Positions 40,665 through 49,289 of a stretch of DNA of 64,000 nt are shown here, in pieces. The translations under genes were made by a program, and so were the position numbers. Below the pieces are notes generated by a model that did not search any database, was not told the DNA's origin, and saw only the letters and a program-made list of their open reading frames with translations. This stretch comes from Phycisphaerales bacterium (lineage in GTDB: Bacteria > Planctomycetota > Phycisphaerae > Phycisphaerales > UBA1924), in the NCBI GenBank assembly GCA_965227775.1, contig OZ245777.1, positions 2,432,001 to 2,496,000 on the forward strand, given 5' to 3'. Within the stretch, counting starts at the first letter, position 1, and each line of letters begins with the position of its first letter.

Positions 40665-41460
40665 GGGCCGACCTCCCGAAATCGATCATGGTGCGGGCAA
40701 GGGAGCCGGGATCATCGGACCGCATGAGCGCCGTACCCACCAGCACACCGTCGTAGCCGAGTCGCGCAACCGCTTCCGCGTCTTCCTTGGTGGCGATGCC
40801 AGACTCGGCGATCTTCGGGATGCCTCTTGGGAATGAACCGACAAGCTGCTCAAAGCGCCTCATATCTTCGTGCAGCGTGGCGAGATCCCGGCAATTCAGA
40901 CCCAGCAACACATCACGCCGGCCCCCGACCGCGTTGCTCGCACGCCAGAGATCCTCTTCATCGAATGCCTCGAGCAACACCGCAAGCCCCATCTCCTCGC
41001 TTTCGTCGAGCATCTTGCGAAGCAGCCCATCATCGAGGATCCGAGCGATCAACAACACGGCAGACGCACCCCAGGCACGTGCCTCGACCACTTGATAAGG
41101 GTCGACCAGGAAGTCCTTCCGCATTGCCGGCGTGTCGATGCTTCGCGCGATCTGGCAGAGGTCATCTTCGCTCCCGCCGAAGCGTGATGGCTCTGTAAGC
41201 ACCGAGATCATCGACACGCCCGCATCAGCGTAGGTTTGTGCCTGAGCCAACACATCAAGTGTTTCGACAGCAAGCACGCCCTGGCTTGGGCTTGATCGCT
41301 TGACCTCGGCGATCAAGCCGAACGTGTCAATCCGAACGGGCTTCGGACGCGGTGTGGCTAGGGCCCGCTGGCGGAGCTCTGCCAGGGGCTCACGGTCGAT
41401 TGCGGTACTCGCCCTCGTTGCTGAGGACTCAGCCATCTGCTGGAGGAAGTCGGCCGCCAT
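40657..41460 (-). CDS. trpC: Indole-3-glycerol phosphate synthase
   Basis: IAEVKRSSPSQG, ISVLTEP, RKDFLVDPYQ, GLNCRDL, AESGI, VLVGTALM. Confidence 0.96.
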   Translation of the reverse strand: MAADFLQQMAESSATRASTAIDREPLAELRQRALATPRPKPVRIDTFGLIAEVKRSSPSQGVLAVETLDVLAQAQTYADAGVSMISVLTEPSRFGGSEDDLCQIARSIDTPAMRKDFLVDPYQVVEARAWGASAVLLIARILDDGLLRKMLDESEEMGLAVLLEAFDEEDLWRASNAVGGRRDVLLGLNCRDLATLHEDMRRFEQLVGSFPRGIPKIAESGIATKEDAEAVARLGYDGVLVGTALMRSDDPGSLARTMIDFGRSARA

Positions 41461-42479
41461 CACCGGCCGCCCTGCGAGGTCAGTCCGTCAAGCATTGCCG
41501 TAGCGTGCCCATTCGCAGTCGTTTCCAGAGCCATCGAGATGCCTTCGGCCAGATCACGTGCCTTGCCTGAGACCTCCAGCGCGAGCCCCGCCGTCAGTGC
41601 GAGCGCGCCGCGGTGGGGGCCATCATCGGTCCCGTCCAACACACGACGAAGCGCGTCCGCGTTCTCTTTTGGCGTGCCCCCGCGCAGGTCCTCGGGCGAG
41701 CATCGTTCGATGCCGGCGTCCCTTGGGTCTCGGGTCGTCCGCCCCACGCGACGATGGTGCACGTCGAACAGCAGGAACGGTCCGCACGGCGTCGCTTCGT
41801 CCCAGCCGGGCTCGCCGTGCACCACGAATGCGCGCTCGACGTCGAGCCCGGCAAGCGCGTTGGCCATGAGCTCTGCCACAGCGGGTGAAAAGGCTCCGAT
41901 CACCGCGTACGGCGGTCGGGCCGGGTTCGTTAGCGGGCCAAGGATATTGAACACCGTCCGTACGCCCATGGCCTTGCGGATCGGGGCGATTGCGGCCATA
42001 GCCGGGTGGAACGCCGGCGCGTGCAGATAGACGAATCGCGACGCACGGAGAGCATCGCCTGGCTCGGGCATGGGCACGGTGATGCCCAGCGCACCCAGCA
42101 AATCGGCGGCGCCAGAACGAGAGCTGATCGAGCGGTTGCCGTGCTTCACAATCGTGGCACCCGCGGCCGCCGCGAGAAGCGCTCCGCCCGTCGAGATGTT
42201 GTAGCTGTTGCTGCCATCACCGCCCGTACCGACAAGGTCGCACGCGTCTGATGGTGTCTCGAACCCGGGCTTGGTTGCGAGTTCACGAAGCCCGCGCGCC
42301 AGGCCACGCACCTCGTCAGCGGCCTCTCCTTTGGCCCGCAGTGCTGCCAGCAGTGCGCCCGCAAGCGGCGGTTCGATGTCGCCATTGGCGAGCGCATGAA
42401 CCAACGAGTGCGCAGCGGCCTCATCGAGCGACTCGCCTCGCAGCAGTGTTTCCAACATTGCCGACGCATCTGAAGTCAT
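41460..42479 (-). CDS. trpD: Anthranilate phosphoribosyltransferase
   Basis: DLVGTGGDG, NISTG, KHGNRSISSRSGAAD, RTVFNILGPLTNP. Confidence 0.97.
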   Translation of the reverse strand: MTSDASAMLETLLRGESLDEAAAHSLVHALANGDIEPPLAGALLAALRAKGEAADEVRGLARGLRELATKPGFETPSDACDLVGTGGDGSNSYNISTGGALLAAAAGATIVKHGNRSISSRSGAADLLGALGITVPMPEPGDALRASRFVYLHAPAFHPAMAAIAPIRKAMGVRTVFNILGPLTNPARPPYAVIGAFSPAVAELMANALAGLDVERAFVVHGEPGWDEATPCGPFLLFDVHHRRVGRTTRDPRDAGIERCSPEDLRGGTPKENADALRRVLDGTDDGPHRGALALTAGLALEVSGKARDLAEGISMALETTANGHATAMLDGLTSQGGR

Positions 42480-43114
42480 CGGCTGGTCTCCGCCGTGGGC
42501 GCATACACCCGTGCGGTGTAGGGCGGCTTGACCTGACGATCACGGATGCCCAGAAAATTGGCGACCATCGTGCCGCCCCACGGCGTGAGCACCGACTCGG
42601 GATGGAACTGCACGCCCTCGATGAGCAGCGAACGGTGCCGGATGCCCATGAGCTCGCCGCCGTCTACCTCGCGTGAAGTCGCGACGAAGTCCGAATGCAC
42701 CTCGTGCTCGTGCACACCCAGCGAGTGGTATCGGCCGACCGGCGTCCGCTGCGGAACGCCCACATACACACCCTTCTTGTCATGCTCGATGTCCGATGGT
42801 TTGCCGTGCATAAGGCATGCGGCATGCCGGATCGGCGAGCCCCAGACAGCAGCGATGGCCTGGAAACCAAGGCACACGCCCAGCATTGGCAGTTCGCCAG
42901 CGAACGCCTCGATCATCGGCATGGTGGATCCGGCGTTGTCCGGACGGCCTGGGCCAGGTGAGATCATCAGGTGCGTCGGCTCCAAGGCTCGTGCCTGGTC
43001 CACACTGATGGTGTCATTGCGATGCGTGAGCACCTCGGCACCAAGCTCACGCATGTACTGCACGAGGTTGAACGTGAACGAGTCGTAGTTGTCGATCATC
43101 AGCACGCGGGCCAT
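42476..43114 (-). CDS. trpG: Anthranilate synthase component II
   Basis: IDNYDSFTFNLVQY, ISPGPGRP, LGVCLGFQ, RYHSL, GVQFHPES. Confidence 0.96.
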   Translation of the reverse strand: MARVLMIDNYDSFTFNLVQYMRELGAEVLTHRNDTISVDQARALEPTHLMISPGPGRPDNAGSTMPMIEAFAGELPMLGVCLGFQAIAAVWGSPIRHAACLMHGKPSDIEHDKKGVYVGVPQRTPVGRYHSLGVHEHEVHSDFVATSREVDGGELMGIRHRSLLIEGVQFHPESVLTPWGGTMVANFLGIRDRQVKPPYTARVYAPTAETSR

Positions 43115-43115
43115 C

Positions 43116-44534
43116 TCACCAGCCTCCCTGTGCGAGCTCAAGCGCCTTCTCGAGCACCGCGACCTTCGACCGAACCTCCTGGTACTCGGCGTCAGGCTTC
43201 GAGTCGGCCACAATTCCTGCGCCGGCTTGGTACGCGTAGCTGCCGTTCTCGAACACCAACGTGCGGATGCAGATCGCCTTGTCAGCGCTGGCCAACTCGC
43301 CGTTGATGGGCTTGGCAAAGTAGCCGACGGCGCCCGCGTAGAGGCCGCGACCGACCGGCTCGTAGCTGTCGATGAGCTGCATCGCACGTACCTTGGGCGT
43401 GCCCACCAGCGTACCGGCGGGGAACGAGGCGGCCATCAGGTCCATCGCATCGGCTGACGCTTCAAGCTCGCCTCGCACACCGCTGACCAGGTGCATGACG
43501 TGCGAGTACCTCTCGATGGTGCGGAAGGGGTCGACGCGGATGGTCCCCGGCTTGGCGACGCGCCCGAGATCGTTCCGTGCCAGGTCGACGAGCATGACGT
43601 GCTCGGCCGCCTCCTTCGGATCGGCCTTCAACTCGGCCTCGAACGCACGATCCTCCTCCTCGGTCCGGCCGCGCTTTCGCGTGCCCGCGATTGGACGAAG
43701 CATCGCCTGCCCGCCATGGCAACGAAAGAGCGCTTCGGGCGACGCCCCCACAACGCGAACACCCTCGATGTCGAGGTAGTACATGTACGCAGACGGATTC
43801 AGCATCCGCAGCGCCCGATACACCTGGAACGGCTCGGAATGGGCCTCCCCCGCGCTGCGAATACTCAGCACAAGCTGAAAGACCTCGCCGTTGTATATGT
43901 CTTGTTTCGCGCCAGCCACCTGGTCGAGGAAATCCGGCTCGGAGACGCTATGGCTCGGCGGCGCGTGACCGCTGCGGACCGGCTCGGGCGGGTGCGCACC
44001 CCGCATCGCGTGCACCATCTCGCGCCGGATCGATTCGCGCTCCCAGTCCTCGCCGGCGTGCAGCAACGCCATCCGCCGCGTCAGGTGATCGAACACGAGC
44101 ACGCTGCGGGGCGCACAGTACAAGGCGACAGGCGAGGATGACTCGCGGCCGGCCGGTGTCGGCAGTGGCTCGAAGAAACGCACCGCGTCATATCCGCTCA
44201 CGCCCACGATCCCACCGGCGAACGGCACCGCACCAGGAATCGGTGACAGCGCGGGCGCGCGGTCGCGGAGGTGGCGAAGGAGCGCGAGAAAACTCGCGGA
44301 GTCCGTTGGGGCGGCCAATTCCTCGACACCGCTGGCCGTGCGGATTTGCACGGGTGAGCCGTCGGCCGGCAACCGTGCCGTGAATGCCGCATCGAGCCCG
44401 ATGAACGAGTACCGCGCGAGTTGCGTGCCGCTCTCGGCAGATTCCAGTAAAAAGCAGGGCGAGAACGCGCTCAGCTTGCGGAATGCAGATACTGGTGTGT
44501 CGAGGTCGGCCGGAATGTCAAATGGTGCGTGCAT
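43116..44534 (-). CDS. trpE: Anthranilate synthase component I
   Basis: ADLDTPVSAF, FLLESAE, GEVFQLVLS, GASPE, PIAGTR, EHVMLVDLARND, QAGAGIVADS. Confidence 0.96.
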   Translation of the reverse strand: MHAPFDIPADLDTPVSAFRKLSAFSPCFLLESAESGTQLARYSFIGLDAAFTARLPADGSPVQIRTASGVEELAAPTDSASFLALLRHLRDRAPALSPIPGAVPFAGGIVGVSGYDAVRFFEPLPTPAGRESSSPVALYCAPRSVLVFDHLTRRMALLHAGEDWERESIRREMVHAMRGAHPPEPVRSGHAPPSHSVSEPDFLDQVAGAKQDIYNGEVFQLVLSIRSAGEAHSEPFQVYRALRMLNPSAYMYYLDIEGVRVVGASPEALFRCHGGQAMLRPIAGTRKRGRTEEEDRAFEAELKADPKEAAEHVMLVDLARNDLGRVAKPGTIRVDPFRTIERYSHVMHLVSGVRGELEASADAMDLMAASFPAGTLVGTPKVRAMQLIDSYEPVGRGLYAGAVGYFAKPINGELASADKAICIRTLVFENGSYAYQAGAGIVADSKPDAEYQEVRSKVAVLEKALELAQGGW

Positions 44535-44539
44535 GGCCG

Positions 44540-44670
44540 AGCGGGCGTCCTCGTGGCAGTGTCGATCTTCTATCGACTCGTACGAGGGGTCCGGCCACAC
44601 ACCCCCTCGGCGAGCTTCGCATGGGGGCGGGGGAGCAGGCTCGTCTGGCTATCCAGCCAGCCGCGAGCCA
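44540..44670 (-). promoter_or_regulatory. Putative trp attenuator region (alternative hairpins, no U-tract)
   Basis: Hairpins at 44639-44668, 44583-44609 and 44561-44577; CCUCGU (44582-44587) is complementary to ACGAGG (44549-44554) before trpE. Confidence 0.55.
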
Positions 44671-44756
44671 CGATCGCCAAGCCCCACATCCCAACGCCAC
44701 AACCAGCCGCGCTCGCGGCAGGTCGAGGGAACAGGTTTGAAGCCGGTGCGACCCAT
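44649..44756 (-). CDS. trpL: Trp operon leader peptide, 35 aa: MGRTGFKPVPSTCRERGWLWRWDVGLGDRGSRLAG
   Basis: Short ORF between the promoter and trpE with TGG TTG TGG CGT TGG (three Trp in five codons). Confidence 0.8.
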   Translation of the reverse strand: MGRTGFKPVPSTCRERGWLWRWDVGLGDRGSRLAG

Positions 44757-44763
44757 GGCAGCC

Positions 44764-44792
44764 ATTATGCCGAATCCGTCGAGCAGGGTCAA
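44764..44792 (-). promoter_or_regulatory. Sigma70-type promoter of the trp operon
   Basis: TTGACC-17 nt-CATAAT; 7 nt upstream of the leader ATG. Confidence 0.8.
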
Positions 44793-44904
44793 GGGATTCT
44801 GCAGTCGCCTGGGCACATTGCGGATATCGGCCGTCCGATCAGGAGATCCACGCCTTCTTGGGCATCGGGGGAATCATGGGCCTGTTGGGGTAGATCATGG
44901 TCCC

Positions 44905-46038
44905 ATGACCACCCTCGACACGAAGCTCGCCAACCTGCTCTCCCCGCTGATCGCCGGCCGGCTTGAAGCCAAGACCCGCGTTTGGATGGCCCCGCTCACC
45001 CGTAGCCGCAGCAAGCAACCCGGCGACGTGCCATGGGAGCTCAACGCTGAGTACTACGCCCAGCGGGCCGATCCGCAGAAGGGTGCCGCCGTCATCGTGT
45101 CCGAGGCCACGCAGGTCAGCCAACAGGGCAAGGGCTACGCGTTCACGCCGGGGATCTACAGCGACGAGCAGGTCGAGGGCTGGAAGCTGGTCACCGACGC
45201 GGTCCACCAGAAGGGCGGCCTCATCCTCGCCCAGCTCTGGCACGTAGGCCGCATCAGCCACGTTGACCTGCAGCCCGACGGGCAGAAGCCCGTTGCTCCC
45301 TCGGCTATCCGGGCCGAGAGCCGGACCTACACGAGCAAGGAAAGGCAGATGGTGCCCACCAGCGAGCCGCGGGCGCTCGAGGCCAGCGAGATCCCGGGCG
45401 TGGCCGACCAGTTCCGCAAGGCAGCCGCCAACGCCAAGCGGGCCGGCTTCGACGGCGTCGAGATCCACGGCGCGAATGGCTACCTGCTCCAGCAGTTTCT
45501 CCGCCGCTCGACCAACCAGCGGACAGACGACTACGGCGGCTCGCTCGAGAATCGCGCTCGCTTCGGCCTCGAGGTTGCACGTGCCGTGCTCGAGGTTTGG
45601 GAGCCGGGCCGGGTTGGCTACCGGGTGAGTCCGATGAGCGAAGGCGCCGTCGATCCGCAAGACCTGCCGATCGAGACGTACGCCTACCTCGCGGCAGAGC
45701 TGGGCAAGCTCGGGCTTGCGTTTATCCATGTCGTCGAGGCGTTCCGCGACTCGGCCCGCGACACCGAGAGCGAGCTGGTGTTCGCCGCAGTCCGCAAGGC
45801 CTTCCGGGATGCTGGCGGCTTGGCGTACATCGGCAATGGCGATTACTCGGTCGAACGTGCCGCCCGCCGCATCGATGACGACAAAGCCGATGCCATCGCA
45901 TTTGGCAAGCCGTTCATTAGCAACCCGGACCTGGCCGAACGATTCCGGCAAGACGCTCCACTCAACCAGTGGGACCAGTCCACATTTTATGGGGGTGGTC
46001 CCGAGGGCTACACCGACTATCCGACCCTGAATGACTGA
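44905..46038 (+). CDS. Old yellow enzyme family alkene reductase (NemA-like)
   Basis: MAPLTRSR, QLWHVGRISH, GFDGVEIHGANGYLL, RTDDYGGSLENRARF, FYGGGPEGYTDYP. Confidence 0.95.
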   Translation: MTTLDTKLANLLSPLIAGRLEAKTRVWMAPLTRSRSKQPGDVPWELNAEYYAQRADPQKGAAVIVSEATQVSQQGKGYAFTPGIYSDEQVEGWKLVTDAVHQKGGLILAQLWHVGRISHVDLQPDGQKPVAPSAIRAESRTYTSKERQMVPTSEPRALEASEIPGVADQFRKAAANAKRAGFDGVEIHGANGYLLQQFLRRSTNQRTDDYGGSLENRARFGLEVARAVLEVWEPGRVGYRVSPMSEGAVDPQDLPIETYAYLAAELGKLGLAFIHVVEAFRDSARDTESELVFAAVRKAFRDAGGLAYIGNGDYSVERAARRIDDDKADAIAFGKPFISNPDLAERFRQDAPLNQWDQSTFYGGGPEGYTDYPTLND

Positions 46039-46137
46039 CGGGATGCCTGACAGAGCGTCCCGAATAATGCGTCCTTGTGGGCCGTTGATTGCCCATAGAG
46101 CATCGCTCCAACGACTATCCTCTGGAGGAACCCGACG

Positions 46138-47313
46138 ATGACGCCACGCGCCCACGCTTTCCGGCTGCTCTCGACCTCGTTCATCGCGTTGGTAGCCGCG
46201 ACCGTTGCCGTAGCGAGCGTGCTTCGTCCCTTCCCCATGGCAGCCAACCAAACCGTTCGAGAGGCCTCGATCATGTCCACAACCGAGTCGGCTACCGGCA
46301 GCACGACCTCTCTCAGGGTCTTCGACACCAACGGCAACCTCGTCGGGCCCTTCAAGCTCCCTCGCGTGGAGCTTACCGAGGCCGAGTGGAAGGAGCGGTT
46401 GAGCCCCGAGGCATTCAAGATCCTCCGCAACGCAGGAACCGAGCCCGCGTTTTGCGGCACCCTGCTCGACAACAAGATGGACGGCGTGTACTGCTGCGCG
46501 GGTTGCCAGCTGCCACTGTTCTCGAGTAACGCGAAGTTCACGAGCGGCACGGGGTGGCCCAGCTTCTTCAAGCCAGTTGCCAACGAGAACATCGACATCA
46601 AGGAAGACACCAGCTACGGCATGATCCGGACCGAGATCCTCTGCGCTCGCTGCGACGGCCACTTGGGCCACGTCTTTAATGACGGCCCGCAGCCCACGGG
46701 TATGCGGTTCTGCGTGAACAGCGAGAGCCTGAGCTTCACCGAGACCAGCGATGTTGCCTCGCTGGGCGAGGTCGCTGTCGCCCACTTCGCCGGCGGGTGC
46801 TTCTGGTGCGTCGAGGGTGTCTTCGAGCAGCTGCAGGGCGTCTTTGACGTCACAAGCGGCTACAGCGGCGGGTTCGTGAGCCCGGAGGTCCAGCCCGTAA
46901 CCTACAAGCAGGTGACCACCGGCGCCACCGGCCACGCCGAAGCGGTTCGCATCGTGTATGACCCCAAGGTGATTTCCTACGACGCCCTGCTCGAGGTGCA
47001 CTTTGCCACCCACGACCCGACCACGCTCAACCGCCAGGGCGCCGACGTCGGCACGCACTACCGCAGCGCCATCTTCTACGCCAACGAGCAAGAGAAGCAG
47101 GCCGCCCAAGCGTTCATCGACGGCCTCGAAAAGAAGGGCGAGTTCCGCGATCCCATCGTGACCACTCTCGAGCCCCTCAACGGATTCCAGGTGGCCGAAG
47201 ACTACCACCAGAACTACGCCGAGCTCAACCCCGACCAGCCCTACATCTGCAATGTGGCGCTTCCCAAGATCGAGAAGGTCCGAAAGAAGTTCCCGCAGAA
47301 GATCAAGCAATAG
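46138..47313 (+). CDS. msrAB: Exported bifunctional methionine sulfoxide reductase MsrB-MsrA
   Basis: Signal-like N-terminus; MsrB GTGWPSF, HLGHVF, RFCVNS; MsrA FAGGCFWCVE, TGHAEAV, AEDYHQNY. Confidence 0.95.
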   Translation: MTPRAHAFRLLSTSFIALVAATVAVASVLRPFPMAANQTVREASIMSTTESATGSTTSLRVFDTNGNLVGPFKLPRVELTEAEWKERLSPEAFKILRNAGTEPAFCGTLLDNKMDGVYCCAGCQLPLFSSNAKFTSGTGWPSFFKPVANENIDIKEDTSYGMIRTEILCARCDGHLGHVFNDGPQPTGMRFCVNSESLSFTETSDVASLGEVAVAHFAGGCFWCVEGVFEQLQGVFDVTSGYSGGFVSPEVQPVTYKQVTTGATGHAEAVRIVYDPKVISYDALLEVHFATHDPTTLNRQGADVGTHYRSAIFYANEQEKQAAQAFIDGLEKKGEFRDPIVTTLEPLNGFQVAEDYHQNYAELNPDQPYICNVALPKIEKVRKKFPQKIKQ

Positions 47314-47328
47314 GCGGAGCGTTCAGGC

Positions 47329-48273
47329 TTAATCCGACTTCTTTCGCTGCTCTTCGCTCAGCACGGTGCGGAGTTGCGATACCTGCACGGCCATCTCCTG
47401 CAGATTCTGCTCCATCGCGGCCAGCTTGGCTTCCAGCGATTCGCCCTCGCCTTGCTGACGCAGCATGACCTTCGCGTTCTCGGCTTGGGCCTCGGTCATT
47501 GAACTGATGACGACACCGATGAACAGGTTGAGCACGATCATGGTGCCGATGATAACGAAGCTCACGAAGTAGACCGCCGCAACAATTGGCATGGCCTGCG
47601 GCTGCGCGTGGGGGTAACGATCGATGCCCGGCGGTCGATAGACGTCCGAGCCATAGCTCTGGATGTAATAGAGGTCGGTCCAGTCCTCGAGCGTCACTGT
47701 TCGAAGCAGACTGAACATGCTGTCCTGCAGCGTGCCGAAGTGCACCGGATCATTCTTGCCAAAGAGGACGGTGCCCATCACCGCATACACGTAGAACAGG
47801 AGCACGAGCAGCAGTGTCACGTAGATGATCGACGGAATCGCATGGAGCAGCGCGATCACCAGCACACGCAGCCTCGGCACGACCGTGATCAGCCGGAGCA
47901 CTCGGAGCACGCGTGCGAGCCGTAGGACTGCGGCGTACGGCCCGCCCAGTGGCAGCAGGCAGACTGCGACGATCACGAAGTCGAAGACGTTCCACCCACT
48001 GAGGAAGAACCGCCACGGCCGCGGCCAGTGCGCGCCGATGCGAATCACGAGCTCGGCCATAAAGATGCCGATGATCAGCTTGTCGAGCCCAAGCAGTACC
48101 GGGCCGACGCGCTCCATGATCTGCGGGTAGGTCTCCAGCCCGACGTTGATCGCCGCGACCAGGATGACGCCGACAACAATCGCGTGGAACCAACCGGCCT
48201 CGGAGATCTGCCTGAGGCGGTGCACCAACGAGCCCGGCCGGGCTTCGTCTACGTACTGGTCGGTTGCTTCCAT
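47329..48273 (-). CDS. Bacterial voltage-gated Na+/Ca2+ channel (BacNav-like)
   Basis: WNVFDF (S3), S4 LRLARVLRVLRLI, pore TLEDWTD, S6 LNLFIGVVI, C-terminal coiled coil. Confidence 0.92.
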   Translation of the reverse strand: MEATDQYVDEARPGSLVHRLRQISEAGWFHAIVVGVILVAAINVGLETYPQIMERVGPVLLGLDKLIIGIFMAELVIRIGAHWPRPWRFFLSGWNVFDFVIVAVCLLPLGGPYAAVLRLARVLRVLRLITVVPRLRVLVIALLHAIPSIIYVTLLLVLLFYVYAVMGTVLFGKNDPVHFGTLQDSMFSLLRTVTLEDWTDLYYIQSYGSDVYRPPGIDRYPHAQPQAMPIVAAVYFVSFVIIGTMIVLNLFIGVVISSMTEAQAENAKVMLRQQGEGESLEAKLAAMEQNLQEMAVQVSQLRTVLSEEQRKKSD

Positions 48274-48277
48274 AGGG

Positions 48278-49285
48278 CTATGCGATCCTCGGATCGACCC
48301 ACCGGTACAGCACATCGACGGCTAGGTTAAAGAGCACCAGCATCGTCGCGAACACGAGCACCACGCCGATGATCAGGAACAGGTCCTTGTTCTGCACGCC
48401 GTTCACGAAGTGCTGGCCCATGCCCGGCACATTGAACACGCGTTCCACGATGAAGGAGCCCGTCATTGCCAGGGCGGCGGCCGGGCCGAGATAGCTCAGA
48501 ACCGGGAGGAACGCGTTCTTGAGCGCGTGGCGAAGCAGCACAAGCCGTTCGCTGACACCCTTGGCCCGCGCCGTGCGCACATAGTCGGTCGAGAGGGCGT
48601 CGATCATGCCCATCCGGGTCAGCCGAGCGATGTACGCCGCGAATGGGAGGCTCAGCGTGATCGCTGGCAGCAGCATGTCCATAGGTCCAGCACTGGAGCC
48701 GACCTCACCGACGCCAAGCCACACCGGGAAGATCAAGAGCAGCACCGTCCCGATCACGAAGCTCGGTAGGCTGATGCCGATCAACGCCACCATCAATGTG
48801 CCGAGATCGACCAGTGAATTGGGCTTCACGGCGCCCGCGATGCCCGCGACAACACCCACGCCAAGCGCAATCAGGATCGCGATCGCACCTAGCGTGATCG
48901 ACACCGGCAGCGAATCTCGCACGATCTCGTTGACTGTCCAATCCTCGTACTGAAGGCTCGGGCCGAAGTCGAACACGTATCGTCGGGGCGGGGCCTGCCC
49001 CTCGGCCTCGGCCCGCTCACGCTCTCTGGCCAATTCCCCGCTGAGCGTGTCGGCCGCGTACTTGAATCCGGTCGCGTTGGCAAGATACGACCAATAGAAG
49101 TTCGGAAAGCTATCGAGGTTGTACTGGCGCTTCATCGCCTCGATGACTTCGGGCTTGGGCTGGCGGCCCTCCGGGTTCTCGAGCGGATTGCCCGGGATCG
49201 CCCACGCCAGTGCGAGCGTCAGCGTGTAGATCACCAGCACGATGATCGGAAGCTGCACCAGCCTCCGGATGATCAGTCCAAGCAT
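48278..49285 (-). CDS. oppB: Oligopeptide ABC transporter permease (OppB-like)
   Basis: IIRRLVQ, SLPVSITLG, DYVRTARAKG, HALKNA, ERVFNVPGMG. Confidence 0.9.
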   Translation of the reverse strand: MLGLIIRRLVQLPIIVLVIYTLTLALAWAIPGNPLENPEGRQPKPEVIEAMKRQYNLDSFPNFYWSYLANATGFKYAADTLSGELARERERAEAEGQAPPRRYVFDFGPSLQYEDWTVNEIVRDSLPVSITLGAIAILIALGVGVVAGIAGAVKPNSLVDLGTLMVALIGISLPSFVIGTVLLLIFPVWLGVGEVGSSAGPMDMLLPAITLSLPFAAYIARLTRMGMIDALSTDYVRTARAKGVSERLVLLRHALKNAFLPVLSYLGPAAALAMTGSFIVERVFNVPGMGQHFVNGVQNKDLFLIIGVVLVFATMLVLFNLAVDVLYRWVDPRIA

Positions 49286-49289
49286 GCGG

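Noticed and set aside
44518..44700. 60-aa ORF MALGCGAWRSW... as the trp leader
   Set aside because: Trp codons are dispersed, it overlaps trpE and has no promoter or RBS fit; the 44649-44756 frame is the better candidate.
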